Source: Chrysomallon squamiferum
Taxonomy: Eukaryota > Animalia > Mollusca
Reading direction: 5' to 3'
Assembly: GCA_012295275.1 (NCBI GenBank)
Contig: CM022670.1
Coordinates: forward strand, 15,872,001 to 15,936,000
Length of the DNA stretch: 64,000 nt
Positions 39,550-54,088 of the stretch are shown here, piece after piece. Made by a program: the position numbers and the translations under genes. The notes under the pieces were generated by a model. It had not been told where the DNA came from. It saw only the letters and a program-made list of their open reading frames with translations, and did no database searches. Each line of letters opens with the position of its first letter. Within the stretch, counting starts at the first letter, position 1.

Positions 39550-39665
<116 letters not shown>

Positions 39666-42600
39666 GAGTTTATATCCTTCCAGATGTTAACTGATTTTGG
39701 ATTATTTAGGAGTATCAGATATATGAGAGGAGGTTTTTTTCTTTGATTTTTCATTCTTACTGAAACTTTTCACAGGGCTATAAACCATTTCCTTAGTATG
39801 TTTCTGTGTCCATGTGTGTGTGTGTGTGTGTATTTTTAACAGTTTTTCTAGTACATTGCCAACATCACAGATAAGACATTTCAGGGAATGTTTGTTTTAA
39901 AACACTCTACATAATCTTAATGGTGATGAAAAAAACAATAGTCTCTGATTTGTTTGCTTATCAGCTTAAAGACACAAGTAAGAGCTTATCAGAAAAGATT
40001 CCTTTTATGATACAGCTTACCTAAATTACCTTTCTTGTTTACCTTCTTGTAAGCAGAATATTTCCATACCAACATTTTTTTTTTTTTTTTAAATGTTTTC
40101 TCAACTGTATCAGGTGATACAAATTATTGGGAAACAAGTAGCTTCTATAAAATAGTTTTAAAAAGAAATGCCACAAATTTATGCATTATTATCTCTTGAT
40201 TGAAACCTAGCTTGGTGTATATTTCAGGCTTTTTAGCGACCAAACCTTCATGTAATTTTATCCGCCTTTGAAGTGTTTTTTAAAAAATAATGTTGCTGAA
40301 CAACTTGTCAGTTATACACAATGGTGACCTGAACTATGTCAAACCTCTCTCCGTTTACCCCAATATTTTACTGATATTTATACATTTCTCCGATTTTTTC
40401 AAATGTTCTGCTTCTTCGAGGTTTTTTAAATAAATATTGTGTGTTTTGGTAACGGTGAAGCAAAACATACTTGAGTGAATTTTTTGAAACGCTGCAAACT
40501 GTTTCTGATGGTGTCTGCGTGTGGGTAGAGTCACTCACTGTGTTACATAATGTTTGGCTTAGAATCAGTCATGCTCCTTGAAAAACATCAAAACAACAAC
40601 TTCTACTGCAGCTGCCGTTTCTGCCATTACTCTACTACTTTTATTATTATTACAGAATAATTAAAACTCTTTATTTTATGTTCTTTTTCAAATGGCATAT
40701 TAATTTGAAAGGTTTTTTGTTTTTTTGTTGGTTTTTTTTTCCTTTTTCTGTTTTAGTCATGACTTCAAGTAACTGTATTCCTGGCTCTGAATTTTCTTTT
40801 TGTTTCAGCCTCTGTTTGCAACATTTTATTAAAAGAGCCTGATTTGTTTTTATTGAATGGTGTCTGCAAAAGAACTTTTCTTACAAAATAATACGAAACA
40901 TCCACATCTATAACTAATGATAGCTAACTTTAGAATACATTAAACAAGTATTATACAGTTTACTTCAGACTGTATTGCTGAATGTTTTTCTTGCCCATAC
41001 AGACAACTTTTTCATGTCATATTGACCACCAGTTCTGTGAAACTGATAGCCTTGTTGATGCAATTTCAAGAAGCATTTGTCTACCATTCTCTGTTATAGA
41101 GACCTAAGCAGAAACCCGAGTTCCACCTTTTCATGATAAAATTGTCATTATTTTTAACCCATCTTTTGTCCTCCATTTTTATGAAGTCTATAAAACATGG
41201 GAAGGATCAGGTTTTATTTCAAAGAGTGCATTTATTTCTATAATTATTGTCTGAGATGAGTAACTGGGGAATTCACTACAGCTGGTATATTCTGTGTTAT
41301 AGATCTTTGAGAGTGATAAAATACACTGATGAATTTAGCTTTTCATCTGTACATGTGTGTGTCTGTGTGTATGTAAACAGACCCAGACCCTCACACACAT
41401 GGACATGTAATTTTAAACAAACATGTTTTAATACATTCATTACTGTTATTATTATTTTTTTTAGATAATATCTAAGTTGCTGTGAGTTTTATGGATTAAC
41501 TGTCCCTGGTAAATTATTGTTGTGAATGTTTAACCAGTAACAAATTTGTAATCCCTTATTGCATGACAAGTGACAGAATATATATTGATATTTACATTGT
41601 TATTCAATTCTAACATGCTGAGAGGAATTAAGGATTATCTGTCCCTAGTGAATAAGTGAATTCAGAGAGCAAAGAACAGCAAATTCCCTGTATGCATTAA
41701 TAATTGACAGTATGTTTTTAATATTTACATAGCTGTTAGATGTCAGTTTTCATTTAGCCTATAACATTTGTTTTAAAACACTTCACCAAAAAAAATAAAA
41801 AATAAAAAATAAAAAAATATTAGCAGCACAAAGAGTATGTATCAGTGATAACATTCGAGCTGATGGTGACATTTTTCAGAGCTGTGATTATACAATATGG
41901 AGAAACCATACCTCTCCATTGGTCCCAGGGTATCTGTAGCAGTCTGACAAGAGGTGCAAATCTGGTAATTACAGACCAGTGCCTGGATGTCATCACATGA
42001 TAGATGGCAGTACCTGATCTCTGCAGTGAAAAGGTGTGAGCTGTTAGCCGCTGACTGTAATTTCACACCACTGATTTATCATCACAAACTTTTCAAACTT
42101 AAGTGCTAACAGTTTATAATAAATTCATTGCCTGTCCTGCAGCTGTGCTTCCACACAGGAGTACCATTGTCTGAAAGTTAGTCATGTCAAAAGTCTTTTT
42201 GTCTGTCTGTCTGTCTACAAGTTAGTCTGTTTTGTTCTTTATTTTTTTTTTTTTTTTTTTAGACATCCAACCAGTATGTTAGGCCATTCATCTACCAATG
42301 CATATATATAGTGTCTTATTCTCTCATTATGCAAGCTATCTTTTCATCTTTTCATCTTTCCATTTATTCTCACATCCATTTATTTCTACATCCAACCATC
42401 CATTCATCCATCCAACCACTCGTGTATGATTCTCATTTCACTTCTGTGAATGAATCTCTGTGCATATTTCTCTTTATCAACATAGATTTCTGAACACTGC
42501 TTCTTACTTTTATACATGTCTATCTATTTTAGTCATTCTCCAAGTCTATCTATCTATCTATCCGTCTGTCTGTCTGTCTGAGAGACCACATGGGTATTTA

Positions 42601-43868
42601 GGTAGCATACATGATGTTTACTCTGCACCATCACCAGAGCCAATTCACTCTGACTTGTTTATAAGATTCAACCCTCCAGCTTTTCACAATGCTATATTCA
42701 GTAATACGACTCACTTTGCCAACACTTGTGTGCTGTAATGTGCTCTCTTTACTCGCCAGCTGTTTGTCAAGTGAACGCTTTCCCTATTTTCATACTGGCC
42801 ACCTATTTTCACTGATGAAACAGAAAAATTTACTTTTTCCAGCCTCCCCATCATTCCTGTTTATGCAGTTGTAGTAAGTTGACTCCACTCCAGCGTGATG
42901 TGAGTTTTATTTTAGGTGAGCTCTCAGCAGATCTCTATATACATTACCCTGCACATTTATCAGTTTTTTATATACTACATTTATCATGTTTATATTACTT
43001 ACTGCAGGAATTTAGCCAATACTGTTTGGGAATTTTTGTTTTTTTATATATATATATATATATTTAAAATTTATTTAATTTTGTAAAATTTTAAAATCAC
43101 ATCTGAATGGTAAATTTATGGGAACATTTTTTTTGTTGCTTTCAGTTGATTCTGTTTTTACTACTACTACTACTACTACTACTGTTATGACTGTTACTAA
43201 GCTATTTCTACCTCTTCTACTATTATTAATACCACTACTTTTTCTGCTGGTAAAACTACCAAAGATTAGATTTAAGGCCCACTTTAAACAATATTATTAT
43301 ATTGTGTTACCCATAATAAATAAAACACACTGGGATTGCATGGGTATTTCTGACACACATTTACACAGAGCTACTTGTCTTTCTGTCTTTACATGTTTTG
43401 TCACCCTACCTATAAGATCTTTACTTCAACATTCCGACATTCATCTCAGTCACAGATTTACTTTATAATTATCACCTTATCATGTTCGACCACCTGTGAA
43501 ATATTTGCTTTGATGTTCAGGTAGTCCGATACCTGTCCTTACCTGACTTTGTGAGAAGGTCAGTTGAGAATTTTGTCACTTGGAATCCGCATGTCAGACA
43601 CAAATTTAATCAACACAAATGTTTGACTTGGTCGTGTTTTGTAAGTCCAACAAACAGGTAACCAATCCAGGCTGTTTTGTGTGCGTTACCTGAATTGTTG
43701 GTGTCAAATACTGGGATTTCCTTGTTGGCACCAAGAGTTATTGTTACAGCTAGAGTCTTATGGTCTTAAGATGATTGACAATGTGTTTAAAAATTAAATA
43801 GTTTATTGTTGTAATGGAATACATTATTCATGACTACATACATACATACAAACATACACCCACACATA

Positions 43869-43874
<6 letters not shown>

Positions 43875-43920
<46 letters not shown>
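43875..43920. repeat. (CA)23 microsatellite
   Basis: Pure run. Confidence 0.97.
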
Positions 43921-43926
<6 letters not shown>

Positions 43927-46900
43927 GACTTTCATCCTTCCACCCATCCATAAAACTTATTTACAGACATAATGTGTTTTAAGGCAAGTGATAAACAAAA
44001 TAGTAATATACTACTTATATTGATTAACAGAGTTTATATTTAAATAGGCTTTGTCTCTTTTCTGATACTGTTTTTAGCTGATTTAACAATTACATACAAT
44101 TTAATAAACTATTTTTCCACTTCATATCCTATAAAAAAATCAAAACTCTTTGACAGTACTATAATTCTAGTGCTGAAACATAAACAATATTTGTTTAAAA
44201 CAGTATTTCACACTAGCAGTATTTTAAAAACCAACCAATTAATTAATAATGAAACTGAAAAGCTGGCTGAACTTGGTTAATTGGCCAGATAAAAGTGTTA
44301 ATGTAGCACGTGCTTCCTCGTTAACAACCTGCACCACCTTTCTTTCACACCTTAATTGATTTCTGTGATTTAACAGCTAACACGTTCCGCGTCTACCTGT
44401 GGTTTACCTGACTTGTTTGTTTTGCGAAGCTCAGCCAAGTTTGCATTGTGAAGACATAACTAGTGTCTTGGTAGCTGTTAAATCAATGTTAAACACAAAC
44501 ACAGCCATGCTGCTGTACCTGTGTACATGTAGCTGATGTTGGGAGCAGTGTTGACTCGGTTGGTTGATGAACAAACCGATCACCTGCAAATTGATTGAGC
44601 CAGTGTTGAGTCATCACACATTTATATCAACGTTCTTCAGCATTTAATATTGTCATGTCTTTTCATGAGATCTAGCACAGTGTCTGGTTTGTTTTTAACA
44701 AGGACTGTAAGAATCATGTAATGTCGTAAAAATATCTTCATACATTTAATAATGTGTTCAGGTGACATTTCAGAATATTAATTAGAAATGTATCTTTTAT
44801 TAACTTTCATGATTCTTTTCTTCCACCATAACTGTCAACACACAGTTACTAAATTATAAACATAACAAACACCAGTGTGTGTTTGTCTGTGTTTCTATCT
44901 CTGTGTGTTTGAGTGTGAACTGGACTTTGTGCAGCACTTTGAATATCAAATACATTGAATATATTATAAACCTGTTCTAAATATTAAAATATATTATATA
45001 TAAGCCTATATATACATTTTTTTTTTTGCCCTGTTACTTATGAGCCATCATTAATGTGTGTATATATGTGTGCATGTGCATGTGTATGTGTGTGTGTATA
45101 TATGTGTGTGTGTTAATACTGAGTATAATTTTTTTTTTTTTCATTTTGGTGACAACATCATCCCACCTGCAGTAATTTGCCGTTGTTAAATGGTTGGTGA
45201 CCTTGTGACCTGCCATGCAGGGTGTATTGTGTGCATGTCCAGGTTGTAATTACCACAGACAATAGAAAAATTAAACAGTTTGTCTGTCACACAGTCACTG
45301 ACACCCACAATACACCATTCTAAACTTCTCCACACAGGAGAAATTTAACATCAGTCTACTTTATTTATTTATTTTATTTCACTGGATAGTGATGTATTAT
45401 CTAAACCAGTTAAAAACTAAATTTCTAAATTTCAAAATGTGTTTGTTCTTCAGATTTTAAATTTTTCAAATCTTTACTGATGGCTATCTGATTTTATAAT
45501 CCGTCAGCCATCAGTAAGCATTGTTAGCAGCATATTAAATTTTAAAAATAAGATTACAATTTTTTTTATAAACAGTTAAAAAAGGTAACACCAAGTGCTG
45601 AATACATATGTGTATGTATTTGTGTCCTTCTTTATATATATGTCTGTATGTGTGTGTGTATATACACACACACACACACACATACACACACATAAACAAG
45701 GACATGTGCATGTATGCATGTATTTGATGTATATATTAATTCTAAATGTGTGTATATATATAAATATATGTATGCATATATAAATGAAAATAATGCATTA
45801 TTTATTTTTTGGAATAATTACACATCAAAAAGTTATGAATATTTATGCAAGAAAAGAAAACATCTGAAACATGTTTGTAAATAAATTCAAGAATATTCAT
45901 GAATACATGGAAAAAACTAACTAAAAAACAAATAGAAGATTAATTTATATTTTTTTTACTGTCAATTGAAACACATTAGGAATATCACGGGATATTTTAT
46001 TTAAATAATATGTTTCTAAACAAGTGATGCGAATAAAAAAAAAAAAAAAAAAAGGAATACAGCTTAGGTTTATCTTTTCAAGCAAAATGGTTTGCCTCCC
46101 GCACATTTGAAAATGGAACTTACATTGGCAAGCCAATAAATCAGAGTTTGACTGCTGAAGCTTGTCCACAGAATCTTTTTTTCTCTGTGGTATAACTTTT
46201 AATTCTCGCAACTGTTTAAATTTGCTTTATGATTACACAAGTTTTAGTTGTCTGAAGCTCACTTTAAAGTTGGAGTTAACAGCAGTGTGATTAAGAGAGT
46301 TCGACTTAATTCTTGTTTTTATGGGGTCAGGATGAACTGCAAGTTGCTCGCAATCACAACAGCATTTCCAGACAACCTGTTAAATGTGTTATAGATAGGT
46401 CCTCCTTTTTTTTTTTAACGTCTGCATCATTACGGAACTTGATAGGTTTTTTTAGTTTATTTTGGTGTGTTCCATAACTGGTTTTTTTTTTTTTTTTTCC
46501 CAATGCATTTTTATTAATTTATTTACACTAAATTCTATTAAAACCAAATGTTGAGTAAATATTAACTTAGCCTCAATAGGTTGGATCTAAACAGAACACA
46601 AAAGCACAAATAAGTTATAGTGATATTCAGCAGAAAATATTTTATTCCTGGTACTGATTTTTTTTTTTTCATCAAGCATTATTAAAAAAAAAAGTTCCAT
46701 TTTTACAACAAAAAATAATATGTCTTTTTTCTTCCATTCATTTTTTCCTAATCATGATCCAGTAACCACATCTAGGACATTTCATGACATTTTCTATGAA
46801 TATAATATGAAAACTTCTTTGTAAAACAGAGAGAAAAATTAATCTTTTTTATTATTATGTGTTGTCATAAGTAACATGATGATGAATGGACAACACAGTT

Positions 46901-47079
46901 CTTTTTGACTAAGAGTAAGAACACAGAATAATATTAATAATCTGCTTCTCCAGTAGCATGTACTTTCTGTTTTTTTAAATTTTATTGTTTGTTTTTTTTT
47001 TTTTTTAATTAATTTATTTATATATAATTATTACATCTATATAAGTGTGTGTGTGTGTTTTTCTGTCTGTCTGTCCACA

Positions 47080-47850
47080 ACTAATTATTATGAATATTTT
47101 ATGTCAAGATGACATTAAAAAACACATTTATTCTGATTCTTTCTACCATTGGTAAATTCACCAGTGGACAAAGCCAATTTTCTGTTACTGTTTTTTTTAC
47201 CTCTTTGTTTTCTTTGCACTGTTGTATTTGTTTATGTATTTATATGTTAATATTTAAAAATGAGGAATATCTTTTCTTGACAGATGTCATTAAAGTAGCA
47301 TTTAATCTGTTTCTGTTAACTATCAGCCTTAAAAGTCAATTCTTAGTTACTGTTTTCATACCCTCTCTTTTCTTTAAACTGTCATATGTGTTTGTTTTTT
47401 TCAACACTGACACTTAATAATCATAAATATTAAAATGTGGTCATTAAATATAAATTTATTAATTTATTCTGATTTCCATCTACCATGAACTGACAACAAA
47501 GTTTTTTGTTTCTGTTTTTTTTAACCCTGTCTTTTCTTTAAACAGTCATATTTAACATTGACACTTAATAATCATTAATATTAAAATGTGGTAATTAAAT
47601 ATATATATATTTGTGAATTTATTCTGAATTCTATTCATAAATAAATTCACCACTGGTCTTACAATTATGCCAGTTACCTATTACTGTATTTTTCCTGTTT
47701 TCTTTAAACTATTGTATTCAGATATATATATATATATATATATTTAATGATTCTTAATAATCATTAATATTAAAATATGATCATTAAGCAAACATTTATT
47801 CTGATTCTGTCCACCAGTAGTAAATTTTACTGGTAATACGTTTTTACTGT
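47080..47850. repeat. Old degenerate tandem repeat, ~5 copies of ~150-180 bp
   Basis: The blocks cttaataatcattaatattaaaatgtggtcattaaa, atttattctgatt and ttactgtttt...ttttctttaaactgt recur in the same order. Confidence 0.8.
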
Positions 47851-48127
47851 GTCCTGGATGGAGTCAGGGCAGCAGACCGTAAAATTATCATAAAATGTGT
47901 TACGCCTCATTGAACTGTTGTTGACATTCTGTCACTTACAAATGATTGTATAGGTGTTTAATTAAGCATGCTGTTTACATTTTTATGTCTGTAGGACAGA
48001 ATCTGTTTATTAAAAGTACACTTGTAAAGAGAATGCTTTCTAGCCATTTGTGTATATATGGATCTGACCATTTAAATACAGACTAAAATAAAATTTACTG
48101 ATTTCTTCATCACTTTCTATTATTAAT

Positions 48128-48131
<4 letters not shown>

Positions 48132-48203
<72 letters not shown>

Positions 48204-48348
48204 ACTGTCTCACTCACTTTGTCTCTCTCTCTCTCTGTCTCACTCATTCACTTTGTCTCTCTTTCTCTCTCTCTCTCACTTACTCTGTCTCTCCTAACTG
48301 TAGCTCTTTCTTTCTCTCTCTCTTTCTCTGTCTTTCTGTCTCTCACTC
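48132..48348. repeat. (CT)n microsatellite with a degenerate 3' extension
   Basis: Pure to ~48197, then interrupted. Confidence 0.95.
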
Positions 48349-50536
48349 TGAGGTTTTTTCTTCAGGTATTATGTTTCTTTATATATTTACATTCTCTATT
48401 GCTCTGTATCTTTAATAATTAAATTATTTAACATTAACTGTGGAGTTAATGTTATATTGATATTTGTATAGTAATTTATACTAACAAGTATAACATTTTT
48501 TAAAAACCCCACTCGGGAAAACATATGATAAGTTGGATACTGTTTGTTTAATTAATTAATCTGATAAAAATTTCAAAAAGGGATAAGAAAAAGCTGTAAC
48601 TTTACAAGCCTTTAATTTCATATAATGATTTAAAATATTCACTGAATTGTTTTACTTCATATCCTTGCATTAAAATTTTTATATTTTGAAATAAAATCTA
48701 GAGTGAGGATTTCATAAATTAATATAAAATTTTTGAAGCTTTATATAAATACACAAAGTGTGGATTTCTGACAGTGAATGAATCCCAGGTGATATCAACA
48801 GCTGTTAGGTATTTTTAATTTTTAATAGGGAGCCATGCAGTATGTTTGGTATGTATATGTGTATAGAATATTTATATTTCTCTTTCAGTTTCAGGTCAAG
48901 TACTAGGGTCACTTCCTGTAAAAGTCAGCCATATTTATTTTATTTCATAAATTGTAATAACTTCATTAATTTGACCATGTTTCAAAAACAAAATAATAAT
49001 TAATATTATATTTTTTTAATTTAATCAGTTTCAAGAATAATAATTTGAAAATGTATTCATCCACCTTCTTCAGTAAGACTGAAATGAGATTGTGTTTTTT
49101 GGGGCACACAATCAAATTCAACCTGTGTATTACTCACACTTATTGTATAATAAATTTAAAAAAATAAAAATAAAATTGATTACCTTCAGTAACAACATTA
49201 AGAAATAGTTTTGTGTATATAGTACCTAGTATAGATCATAATTAGTATAATAATTCTGTTGATGAAATCAAGAGAAACTAAAACATTATTCTGTATCCTG
49301 ATATTTCAGAAGTATCTGAGTTCTGTCTCATTTGCTTAGTCATGTCTAGTTCTTTTTTAACCAAGGTGACATTAAATTATTGAATTAGAAATAAAACTGC
49401 GTCAAATGTAAAATTGTGAGATCACTAATTAATTTACTGTCAGTGAAACATGGATTTTTTTATAAACACATCCTAAATTTCAGAAAAAAGGTGTGAGTGA
49501 AACACACAAAGAATGGGACATTTCTATGACCAGAGTAAATAGTTTTATGTTAAAGTATTATCCTGGATTTGTTTTTGTTAATTGTGTTAAATCTTTGGTT
49601 TAGCCATAGCAATACTTTTTTCTTTGTTATGATCCCATATTTTAAATTAAATTTTCATTTGTTTTTATTCTGATTTTTTCTTTTGTTCTTTTGTTCCAGA
49701 CTTGTAAAAAAAAGTAAAACCATGGCTCTCTTAGGCAACATTATTTTTTTTTTTTTTTTTTTTTGTTGTTGTTGAGAGAAAGGGCATTGTTTAATGCAGT
49801 CTAAATTGTTACATAATGAATTAATAAACTGAAAGCAATTAATAAACCTGCCAATTGTTATTACAGATAAATCACGATAATCAATTTCTGTACATTAATA
49901 ATTAACAAAAGTGAACTTTTGAAGTAAAATATTAAAATATAATATAATTAGCCAATGAAATTTCATAACAACGATTACATCACCACTTCCAGACGACACT
50001 AATAACACTGCACTGATCAGCGAGCAGTGGGTCTTCCTGCAGTGTGATATTTAATATTCCAAATTACTGTCTTTCGCAAATTATCATTTTCACTCAAATT
50101 AAAATAAATTACTAGACTTTATTACGTGAATTTATTCTTGAAGAAACAACGCATTTATTACCATACTTTACACGGAAAACACATTAAATTTATTCACATG
50201 ATTAGTCTAATATTCAGGGTGTTTTTTTGTTTTATCTCCATGTCCTCCTCCATGTTTCCTGTTTCATCTCACAGAGGTAATGACTGAACTCCTGTTGATT
50301 GTGCTTTATTGTTGTTGTGTTACATAACTCGCGAGGTCTTTTGTACCACAGCTGATACCTGTGTGATGGGATCACACATCCAGTCAACATCTGTTGTTAA
50401 TTTTCTACCAGATGGAAGCCAAGAGTCCTGCACCACTGAAAGTCAAAAGGCCATACAGTTTTATATTGGCTGAAAAAAACCACCCAAAAAATTAATTGAA
50501 AAAGATATTAGAGAGAGAAAAAGATGAACCACTTGA

Positions 50537-50577
<41 letters not shown>

Positions 50578-51222
50578 CTATTCCCTTTCCTTTTCTCTTT
50601 TCTTTATCATTTTTTTCATTTTTTTCTGTTACACTTTTTCTCTCCTTTTCTCTCCTTTAATTCACTTTCTGTTTTTCCGCTCTCTGTTTTGACTCAACCT
50701 GCTGCTGCAAAGCTGTCTTTGTCTGTCTGTTTTAGCAGAACATAACTAATAAATAAATAATAGATACTCTTTCTTTGTCCTTCTGTCATTCTCCCTACAT
50801 GTATCCACACATCATTGTCTGTTTTAATTGTTCTGCCAAGGATAAAATCAAAATTATATTTCAGCTCAGTAATGTGTACACTGTTAGCAGTCAGCACAAA
50901 TCCCTAGTGACCAAAATGTCCTGAAGACATCTTCTCTGAATTTAATAAGTTGATTTACAAACCTCCCTTCATTACCAATTATTTTTAAACACATCCTCAA
51001 AAGACAAGAGTAACTTACTTTTTTAACTTTCCCTCTAGGCTAAACACAGATATATATATATATATATATAGGCTAACTGCAGCAATATAGGCTAATTATT
51101 TTCAGTTCAATATAATTACCATGTTTGTTTAACATATTAGTTTTAAAAGTCGGTCAAATTAAATGTACTTGTTGTGATCAGTGATATTTTGAAAATGGTG
51201 GTCTTACTTATAAAACTTCCTT

Positions 51223-51303
51223 TTGTGTGCATAGGTGGAGCAAGTGATCAGAGGAAGTGGAAATTAGGGGTTCAGTTGATCTTGGTCCACCTATTGTATG
51301 CAG
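51223..51303 (+). ncRNA. Candidate pre-miRNA-like hairpin (no known family recognised)
   Basis: ttgtgtgc-ataggtgga-g-caag-tg-atcag pairs with ttgat-cttg-g-tccacctat-t-gtatgcag: ~26 bp including G-U pairs, with a 24-nt loop. Confidence 0.25.
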
Positions 51304-51621
51304 CTGGTTGTTCATACAATATATGTTGCTGATAAACACACACACACACATAAACATACACACTTATTTGTGAACTATATTCAAATCAAAGTGTAATAAT
51401 GTCATATAAATGTAAAATTGTTTATTTTGTTAAAAACAGTCTCAGAGCAGAGTGGTCACCACTGTCATAGTCTCCCCAGACCCTGCAGATTTTCCTCTAA
51501 AGATCAACAAAAACTTTCTTCTGGTGCCTCTGCAGTTTCCTGTCCAGTACCAATAAAAAGTAAAATAATAATATGAAAGCATCAACTCACATATTCATTT
51601 CATTTTTACATATATTTAATC

Positions 51622-51666
<45 letters not shown>

Positions 51667-53105
51667 GGACTTCCCCATTAATAACCAGGTAGGTGGGCTG
51701 GATTCAGTGTTAGCAATGAGCATCCATCCATCTCATACTGACCATCCATTTTACCACTGTGGATGCCAACTTTGACCCTTGATTTTTTTTTTTTTTTTTT
51801 TTTTTTTTCTTTTTCCCTGAACAAAGTTGAGCATGAGTATGAAAATAAGATGAGTACATTCTGAGTAGAAACTGATGCCAACATTGTTCATGGATATAAG
51901 TATGCAGGTAAGTTTTTCATGTTTAGTACTTAAACAGATGCTGAGGCAAGCAGGTACAGACTGGTTTACCTGTGGGTTTTTTTTGTCAGCAGACACATCT
52001 ATCCTCAGCCATGTTAGCCAGGTCTTCCAGCGATAATAGCTTGTTACATCAGACAGTTATTTTCAAACACACAGCAAAATGACTGGTAATAACACATTTC
52101 ACAGAACTCCACATATTTCATTTCTCCGAGGTCAGTTGTATTTATTTTGTGGGCACGATGAAATGGTAAAGAGATCATTTCATCTGATATTGATAAGAAA
52201 TTTACAAGTTTCTCTTCTCGGTTATCCCCAAAAACTAAATTATCTTTGAGAAGATTTGTAATTCATATGGCTGCAAAAGTCATAAAGAATAAGAAAAATG
52301 TGTATCGGAACAGAAAGCTAATTGTAAGTTGTGCGTTTTTTCTCATAGAGTTGAACAAAAGCTGTTTTCATTAAGCAAAAACAATGTATTCTTTGTTCTC
52401 TCTGCTAAATGAGAGATTAATTTGTGTCAGGAACTAGCCATGAAAATGAAAAAAAAAAACATTTAAAGTTTACTTGAGAAAAGAGAAATGTGAAAAATAT
52501 TACAACTATATGTAAGTTATTTACATATAGAATTGTGTGATTTAAATATGATATCTTTCCTGAAACCAAACAATCGGCCCCTTTGTTGACTCTTCTGAAC
52601 AAAACATATCCTGAGAAAAAAGTGCTTGCAGTCAAGAATAGGAATAAATTTCTAGTTCTCTGCAGGTTCATTCATTTTATTCACTGAACCTGGTCTCACT
52701 CCACAGAATAAATCTTCAAAATCTGCACATTAAAAAAAAAAGGGAGAGTGAAATAAAAGTTGACATGAAAAGAAACCGATTCAGTCCCTGTGTTCATATT
52801 CATTTATTTTACATCCTGTTAGCTTGATTTAAGCACAACATATTGTAACAATACCCCACTTGTGAAATAATTCTCAGATGAAATATTAATGCATGCAAAT
52901 TAAGTATTTTTAATTTGTTTGCCTTTTCACCCCCCTGTCATTGTTTGATGGAGTGGACAAGATCATTGATGAATGCACTGAGGGCAATTTTAACATTTGA
53001 CTTTTTGGACTGAAAGAGGGAGATGGCACTTTGTGGCAATTCTCAGTTTAACATTTCTAACCCTGCCAAAAAAAAAAAAAGAGAAATGTTTAAAGTGTAA
53101 TTAAA

Positions 53106-53140
<35 letters not shown>

Positions 53141-53255
53141 CTTAATAAGGAATACATTTATTAAAATTTTCAAAATAAGTATATTTTTTTGAAACTTTAT
53201 TTTTTTAAAATTATGTTTTTAAAAAATGGACCAATTAAAAACAAAATAACTTTAA

Positions 53256-53305
<50 letters not shown>

Positions 53306-54050
53306 GAATAACAATTAAGATAAATAAAATAAAATAAAATAAAATAAAATTAAACTACTTATAAATATATCTCCAAATTTTATATAAATTCAGGATGTTT
53401 CTCAAACAGATGGTATCTCTTGGTGAAAAATCAACAGATAAAAAAAAACTAAAATAAAAAAACTAAAATTAAACATGTCCTTTTTATCAGTCTTTACTTA
53501 GACAGTATTTTTAAGTACATTAAACATCCACTTGCATAAAGTCATTCACTGTGTATTTGATATCAAACTAATATTTGTCAGTGACAGATATATATAAATG
53601 TAGATGCTATTCTGGTGCCATATCCTGCTGGAAAACACTGTCTGCTATAAATACAACCTTGTTTCCCCGAAAAGCCCAATTAAATAGGTGTACTTTGAAA
53701 AAGATTACTCTCTGTTTGTTTACACAGCCAATAATGTACCCATTTCCTTCAACACATGACTTTCGAGAGCCTGATATTTTAACATGGGGGAACTGTGGCA
53801 CTGGCACATCCTTCCTCTGTTACAGAAGATCTCTTTGAAAGAGGAGATAACCTATCTGATGTGGTGGAAACAATGGTTTCTTCTGTGTTTGAGTTCCAAA
53901 TTCAGGTAGTTTGTGTGGCCAACCTACTTCAAGCAGCATGATTAAATTTGTTCTGTCTCTGTATATGTTTAAAAGTTATTGCTATAGAAATATTCATTGT
54001 TTTAATAATAACACTTCTGATTCTTGTCATCCTTGTACAAATGATATTAG

Positions 54051-54088
<38 letters not shown>

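Noticed and set aside
51827-51913. Consensus donor CAG|GTAAGT at 51908
   Set aside because: Upstream acceptors are poor (AAG, or no pyrimidine tract), and the site sits in a bidirectional CAGGT cluster; left unassigned.
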